Shown here: in pieces, positions 55,641-64,000 of the stretch
Layout of the letters: each line of letters starts with the position of its first letter
Numbering within the stretch: the stretch's first letter is position 1
DNA from: Eledone cirrhosa
Taxonomy: Eukaryota
Assembly: GCA_964016885.1 (NCBI GenBank)
Contig: OZ024760.1
Location: 26,598,001-26,662,000, forward strand
Direction: 5' to 3'
Length of the DNA stretch: 64,000 nt
Notes under the pieces: model-generated
What the model saw: the letters and a program-made list of their open reading frames with translations, nothing else
Database searches by the model: none
Told to the model about the DNA's origin: nothing
Made by a program: the position numbers and the translations under genes

Positions 55641-56310
55641 GTGTGTTTGTATGTATGTATTTATGTATGTATGTATGTATTTGTATATGGATGAATGCAT
55701 GTATTTTTGTATGTATGTATATTCTTCTGGTTTTATAATTTCACAAACTTTTACCAATAGAGAGAGATTCGGTTTCTAACATAGACACAAGACTCTAGCA
55801 TTGGAATTTACACAACATCAACTAGGTAGATATGTATGTATGCATGCATGTGTAGATATGGATGTTATTGTATGTGTGGATGTGTATGTTTTGAGTGGTA
55901 TGTGTGCATGTGTATACGCTTAGTATCTGTACATGTGTATATGCAGTATATATGTACGTATGTATGTATGTATTTCTGTATTCATGTATGTAAGTATATA
56001 TAAATATATATTTATGTATATATATATGTGTGTGCGTGTGTTACTAGTTGTAGTATTTGTAGTTATTATCGTTGGTAATATAATGTTGTTGTTGTTGTTG
56101 TTGTTCGGGAGGACATTGGTCAACGTTGAGTGGTCGCCATAACAACCAATTAATTTATATATTCTGGAAAGGAATATATTTCTAGACACCTTTCCCAAAA
56201 TAATTTGGTCACCATTTTAGAGAGAGAAAGTCTACAAAACTATTCTAACATTGAATTCATAAATTTATAATGTTCTACGGTCCGTGATTGTAAAGTTTTC
56301 TTTAAATAAA

Positions 56311-56385
<75 letters not shown>

Positions 56386-57514
56386 CCCTCTCTCTCTCTC
56401 TCCCCCCCCTCTCTCTCTCTCGCTCTCTCTTTTTCTTTCTTTATCTCTTTCTCTCTCTCATTTCTGTCTTCCTCTCTCTCTCTCATTCGCTCTCCCTTTC
56501 TTTATATTTCTGTCTTCCTTCCTCTCTCTCTGCATATCTCTCTCTCTCCCTCTCTCTCTTTCGCTCTCCCTTTCTTTATATTTCTATCTTCCTCCTTCTC
56601 TCTCTGCATATCTCTCTCTCTCTATATATATATTCATATTTTTGTCTTCATATTTCACTCTCTCTCTCACTCTCGCTCTCTCTCGCAATTTCTCTCTCTC
56701 TCTCTCTCTCTCGCTCTCCCTTTCAATTTCTCTCTCTCAATATATATATATATATATATATATCCCTTTCTGTCAGTCTCTCTCCGCATTTCTGTCTGTC
56801 TTTGTCTCTCTCTCTCTCTCTCTCTCTGCCTTTATCTCACTCTCTCTCTCCGCCTTTCTCTCCGCATTTCTGTCTGTCTCTCCCCCCCCTCTCCATCTCC
56901 ACCCCATCCCCACCACCCATATTTCTACGACTAAGGTCACACATGAAAGTACCTTACATACAAGTTTATATAATAAATCTCTTAACCATTAGTTTTATAA
57001 TATACAGTCGATTTCTTGATGAGAAAACGGGCCATTATACACACACAGACATACATATATACATACATATATATATATATATATACATATATATATACAT
57101 ACATATATATATATATACAGTCACACATATATACATACATATATACATACATACACACATACACACACAATCACACATTCAAACATATATACATACATAC
57201 ATAGATACATACACACACGTACATACACACACGTACATATATACATACATATATACACACACAATCACACATACATACATATATACACACACATACAAAC
57301 ATATATACAAACATACATACATACAAACATACATATATATATACATACATACACACACGTACATATATACATACATACATACATACATATATACACAAAC
57401 AATCATACATACACACATACATATATACACACACACAGTCACACATACAAACATACATACAAACATATATATATACATACATACACAATCACACACACAA
57501 TCACACATACATAT

Positions 57515-57558
<44 letters not shown>

Positions 57559-57745
57559 TCATACATACAAATGTGTATGTATGTATGTATGTATGTATCT
57601 ATGCATGTATCTATGTATGTGTGATTGTGTATATATATATATGTATGTGTGATTGTGTGTATATATATATATATATATGTATGTGTGCATGTATTATGTA
57701 AGAATGTATTATGTAAGTATATGTGATTGTGTATGTATGTATGTA

Positions 57746-57818
<73 letters not shown>

Positions 57819-57977
57819 ATGTAGGTATGTATGTATATATATATATATATATGTGTGTGTATGTAGGTATATATGTATATATGCATGTATATACGTGACT
57901 GTGTATGTATAATTGCATGTATGTATATATGTATATATATATATATGTATATATGTATGTATATATGTATATATATG

Positions 57978-58013
<36 letters not shown>

Positions 58014-58090
58014 TATGTATATGTGTATGTATATATGTATATATATGTATATATATGTATATATATATATATATGTATATATATGTATGT
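56311..58090. repeat. (CT)n, then (CA/TA)n and (TG/TA)n compound tracts
   Basis: Read directly from the sequence. Confidence 0.93.
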
Positions 58091-58223
58091 GTTCTATGTC
58101 CTGTTAATGGTTCTGTAGTAAAATTCTTGGCTGTATTTGCTAGTTTGGGCGGCCAGGTTCTGTCAAGATCATTACATGCTGACCCCTTTGGGGCCTTCCC
58201 TGATGTTGTAATGTTTTTCGATT

Positions 58224-58700
58224 GGTGTGGTGGACTTACGATCATAATGTCGTGGGTTCGATTCCTGGGCTAGGTTGTGTGTTGTGTTCTTGAGCAAAAC
58301 ACTTCATTTCTCTCAGCTACAGTATACTCAGCTGAAAATGAGTACCAGTGATAGCTGGAGGTTTAACCCTGCGATGGACTGCTGTCCTCTCCAAGGGATT
58401 TCTTGTACTCTCAGTCACGTAGCGCCACGGACACCAGGGATATAAATCGGCTCGATGGACCTCCGGGTTCGGAACTGACTTTAACCCTGTGATAGACTGG
58501 TGTCCTCTCCAGGGGAAGTGTTGTACTCTCAGCCACGGAAACCAGGTATAAATACCGGCTCGATGTACTTCCGAGTTCGGAACTGACTTTAACCCTGTGA
58601 TAGACTGGTTTCCTCTCCAGGGGAAGTGTTGTACTCTCAGCCACGGAAACCAGGTATAAATACCGGCTTCGTGAATCTGCCGGACACGAGATACATTTTT
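58224..58700 (+). mobile_element. SINE family B with triplicated tail (~110 bp)
   Basis: gttcgattcc; ttgagcaaaacacttcatttc; tttaaccctg at 58362, 58480 and 58588. Confidence 0.82.
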
Positions 58701-58734
58701 AGATGATCCTAAGCTGTCTTAAATTCACTTACAA

Positions 58735-60230
58735 TACCACCGCTAACAACACCACCAACACCACCAACACCAACACACCACCACTAATACACCAACACCA
58801 CCAACACACCACCACCACCGCTAACAACACCACCAACACCAACACACCACCACTAATACACCAACACCACCAACACACCACCACCACCGCTAACAACACC
58901 ACCAACACCACGAACACACCACCAACAACAACAAAAAACACCACCACCACAAACAAAAACACCACCAGCACACCACCACCAACAACAACACACCACCACC
59001 AACAACAACAACACACCACCAACAACAACACATCACCACCACCACCAACAACACACCACCACCACCAACAACAACAACACACCACCACTAATACACCAAC
59101 ACCAACAACACACCACCACCAACAACGACACCACCAGCACACCACCACCACCACCAACAACACACCACCACAAACAACAACACCACCAACAATAACAACA
59201 CACCACCACAAACAACAACAACACCAACACACCACCACAAACAACAACAACACACCACCACAAACAACACCACCACCAACACACCACCACCAACAACAAC
59301 ACCACCAACACACCACCACCAACAACACACCACCACAAACACCAACACCACCAGCACACCACCACAAACAACAACGCCACCAGCACACCACCACTACCAC
59401 CAACAACAACACACCACCACAAACAACAACACCATCAACACACCACCACCACCACTAGCAACAACACACCACTACGAACAACAGCACCACCAACACACCA
59501 CCACCACCACTAACAACAACACACCACCACAAACAACAACAACAACACACCACCACTAATACACCAAGACCACCAACACACCACCAACAACAACAACCCG
59601 CCACAAACAACAACACCACCAGCACACCACCACCAACAACAACACACCACCACAAACAACAATACCACCAACACACCACCACCACCACTAACAACAACAA
59701 CAATAACAACAACAACACCACCAACACACCACCACCACCACTAACAACAACACACCACCACAAACAACAACAACAACACAACACCACTAATACACCAACA
59801 CCACCAACACACCACCACCAACAACAACAACACACCACCACCAACAACAACACACCACCACAAACAAAAACACCACCAGCACACCACCACCACCAACAAC
59901 AACACACCACCACAAACAACAACACCACCAACACACCACCACAAACAACAACACCACCAACACACCACCACCAACAACACACCACCACAAACAACAACAC
60001 CACCACCAATACAACACCACCAACACACCACTACCACCAACAACAACAACAACACACCACCACCAACACATCACTACCACAAACAACACCACCACCACCA
60101 ATACAACACCACCAACACACCACTACCACCAACAACACCACCAACACACCACTACCACCAACAACACCACCAACGCACCACTACCACCACCAAGACACCA
60201 CCACCGACAACAACAACAACACCACCTCAG
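58735..60230. repeat. (CAC/CAA)n compound tract
   Basis: Read directly from the sequence. Confidence 0.95.
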
Positions 60231-60419
60231 CATCAATACTTTTTTACGTAAATTTAGCCGTCGTCACGTGACAGCAGCGATATTTTGCACACGGCACACA
60301 TAATATATCACAGAGAATTTATCATGGACACACATTCAAATATCTCTCTATCTCTCTCTCTATATATATATATATACACATATATATATATACACATATA
60401 TATACACATATATATATAT

Positions 60420-60465
<46 letters not shown>

Positions 60466-60838
60466 CTATACACACACACACACATATATATATGCACACA
60501 TATATACACATATATATACATATATATACACACATATATATGCACACATATATACACATATATATACATATATATATATATACACATATATATGCACACA
60601 TATATACACATATTTATACATATATATATATACATATATATACACATATATACATATATATATACATACATATATATATATATATATATACACACATCTA
60701 TACACACACACACACACATATATATATATATGCACACATATATACACATATATATACATATATATATACACATATATATGCACACATATATACACATACC
60801 TATACATATATATATATACATATATATACACATATTTT

Positions 60839-60899
<61 letters not shown>

Positions 60900-61285
60900 C
60901 TATACACACATCTATACACACACACACACACATATATATATGCACACATATATACACATATCTATACACACATATATATATATATACATATATATACACA
61001 TATATATACATCACCTCATGTCTCTCGTCTTTCATGTTGGATTAATTATATTTTATTACTATCGATGATAGAACCGGGACTAAGATCAGACATTTCTCAT
61101 TGTATATATATGTGTATGTATGTGTGTATTTATATATACATACTGACTTTAACCCTGTGATATATACATATGTGTGTGTGTTTGTGTATATATCCGTCTA
61201 ATTGTAGAACAGACACGCAGGCATACACACATACCGACAAAATTGGGCGGTCGTCTACACGCAGGCATATATATATATCATATAT

Positions 61286-61370
<85 letters not shown>

Positions 61371-61407
61371 ATTAAATAAATGGAAACTATATTTATAAAA
61401 CCATATT

Positions 61408-61473
61408 TATTTCGTTATATATATTTCAGGGATATCATATTAACAATATGTTATGCCATCTTCAGACAAAATA
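61408..61473 (-). ncRNA. Hammerhead motif of family H1 with compensatory stem I
   Basis: Minus strand: tattttgt-CTGAAGA-stem II-GAAA-tatatat-A-acgaaata; G-C replaces the A-U pair of other copies. Confidence 0.8.
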
Positions 61474-61961
61474 CAATATAAACAGTCTTATAAATAAATA
61501 GATACGATTAATATCATAAATATACTCCAAATACTTGTTGAGTGCTTTTATATCAGTTATAAATATTTACTCGTTGTTAACCCAACAATTTAAATACAAC
61601 TTTCCATATATATATATATATATATTTCGTTTCTGAATCTGTTTAGCAAGATTCTTTATCTGAAAACGTGTGTTGAAACCGATATTGTTATACTTTGGGA
61701 GGGTCATGTTGCCAATAAGAAACACACGCACCAGTTGCTTTCACTTCAATTTATTATAAATAAAATTTATAAATTTAGGAATTTATAAATTTCCGGTTGG
61801 TTGGTTGGTTCCACAACCAGACGATTGTTCATATAACGTCAAAGTTCTTTCGTCACACATTCTGTGACCTCTTCAGTGACTGGGATTCTTTTCTTTGTTT
61901 TTGTGCCTCTCCTTTGTTCTGTCCTACGCCAGCTTCAGAACAAAGGAGAGGCACAAAGTAT

Positions 61962-62012
<51 letters not shown>

Positions 62013-62327
62013 ATATTTAGAAACACACAGATACATGCGGACACACACATATACATGAATGTATCCGCACCCAACCGTGAGTTAATGGTGCCAACCTCAC
62101 CGATGTTGCTCAATGAATGACTGGGACAGACCAATCCGGTTGAATTAGACTGAACCAGTATCAGAGTTAAAAATACATTATGAAGAGAGAAGAAACATTT
62201 AGATATAATTAGTAATAAAATGTATCATACCTAAACTGATCCTAGATTCCTCGACTATGTAGTTTCGTGGCATAAACAAAAACAATGCATCATAAAGATA
62301 TAGAGTCCTTGCGAGGTCTGCCGACTT

Positions 62328-63540
62328 ATGAGTATGTATATGTGTATGTATGTGTCTATATGAGTATGTATATGTGTATATATGTGTCTATATGAGTATG
62401 TATATGTGTATATATGTGTCTATATGAGTATGTATATGTGTATATATGTGTCTATATGAGTATGTATATGTGTATATATGTGTCTATATGAGTATGTATA
62501 TGTGTATATATGTGTCTATATGAGTATGTATGTGTATGTCTGTGTCTATATGAGTATGTATATGTGTATATATGTGTCTATATGAGTATGTATATGTGTA
62601 TGTATGTGTCTATATGAGTATGTATATGTGTATGTATGTGTCTATATGTGTATATATGTGTCTATATGAGTATGTATATGTGTATATATGTGTCTATATG
62701 AGTATGTATATGTGTATGTATGTGTCTATATGAGTATGTATATGTGTATATATGTGTCTATATGAGTATGTATATGTGTATATATGTGTCTATATGAGTA
62801 TGTATATGTGTATGTATGTGTCTATATGAGTATGTATATGTGTATTTATGTGTCTATATGAGTATGTATATGTGTATATATGTGTCTATATGAGTATGTA
62901 TATGTGTATGTATGTGTCTATATGAGTATGTATATGTGTATATATGTGTCTATATGAGTATGTATATGTGTATATATGTGTCTATATGAGTATGTATATG
63001 TGTATGTATGTGTCTATATGAGTATGTATATGTGTATGTATGTGTCTATATGAGTATGTATATGTGTATATATGTGTCTATATGAGTATGTATATGTGTA
63101 TATATGTGTCTATATGAGTATGTATATATGTATGTATGTGTCTATATGAGTATGTATATGTGTATGAGTATGTATATGTGTATGTGTATGTGTCTATATG
63201 AGTATGTATATGTGTATGTGTATGTGTCTATATGAGTATGTATATGTGTATGTATGTGTCTATATAAGTATGTATATGTGTATGTGTCTATATGATTATG
63301 TATATGTGTATATATGTATCTATATGAGTATGTATATGTGTATGTATGTGTCTATATGAGTATGTATATGTGTATGTATGTGTCTATATGAGTATGTATA
63401 TGTGTATGTGTCTATATGATTATGTATATGTGTATATATGTGTCTATATGAGTATGTATATGTGTATGTATGTGTCTATATGAGTATGTATATGTGTATG
63501 TGTGTGTCTATATGAGTATGTATATGTGTATGTATGTGTC
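62328..63540. repeat. 32-bp minisatellite derived from TATG microsatellite
   Basis: Unit tatatgagtatgtatatgtgtatatatgtgtc. Confidence 0.95.
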
Positions 63541-63724
63541 TGTGTAATTGTTACTATGTGTTCATTCATAAATATATGTGTGTGTGTGTGTATGTGTATA
63601 AAATGTAAACAGAAATAACAACACAATCCGTACAGTATAGGGAAGAAATATATTAGTTTAACGCTTGAAATAACAGGAGGAGGATAGATATATGTATATA
63701 CATATACATATATCTATCCTCTAT

Positions 63725-63774
<50 letters not shown>

Positions 63775-63848
63775 GGAGAGAGAGGGGGAGAGGGAGTTAG
63801 ATAGATAGATATGCATGTATTTATAAATGTATGGTTATGTATGTTTGC

Positions 63849-63895
<47 letters not shown>

Positions 63896-63942
63896 TGTGT
63901 GTCTGTGTGTATGTGAGTACATGTATATTTATATATGTTTAA

Positions 63943-63977
<35 letters not shown>

Positions 63978-64000
63978 TGTGTGTCTGTGTGTATGTGAGT

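Noticed and set aside
60263-60272. Single GTCACGTGAC E-box palindrome (and CpG-rich patches near 30660-30800 and 50980-51060)
   Set aside because: Isolated motifs without supporting promoter evidence
62245-62300. Minus-strand GAAA-ctacatag-TC half-hammerhead
   Set aside because: Upstream core (ctttatga) is non-canonical and stem I does not pair; too decayed to call

Overview
This is eukaryotic, extremely microsatellite-rich non-coding DNA ((TA)n, (CA)n, (GA)n, (CAC/GGT)n, (TGTA)n). The SINE types and repeat density point to a coleoid cephalopod, probably an octopus (inference, no database search). No intact host protein-coding gene is supported: nearly all long ORFs in the track are translations of simple repeats. 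The recognisable content is mobile DNA: two tRNA-derived SINE families (more than 20 copies), a CR1-type LINE 3' end, four fragments of a CRE-clade non-LTR element, two Penelope-like element (PLE) RT fragments, a bipartite non-autonomous RTE derivative (5 copies), piggyBac-type and Tc1/mariner-type MITEs, and many minisatellites, several born inside those elements. The most striking hidden signal is that many short unique-looking islands in the (TA)n tracts are type I hammerhead ribozyme (HHR) motifs. I count at least 13 with CUGANGA and GAAA cores in several families, plus variant-core and decayed copies. They include a ~545-nt retrozyme-like unit and one junction lying exactly at a predicted self-cleavage site. 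All alignments and foldings were done by eye; coordinates of diffuse repeats are approximate.
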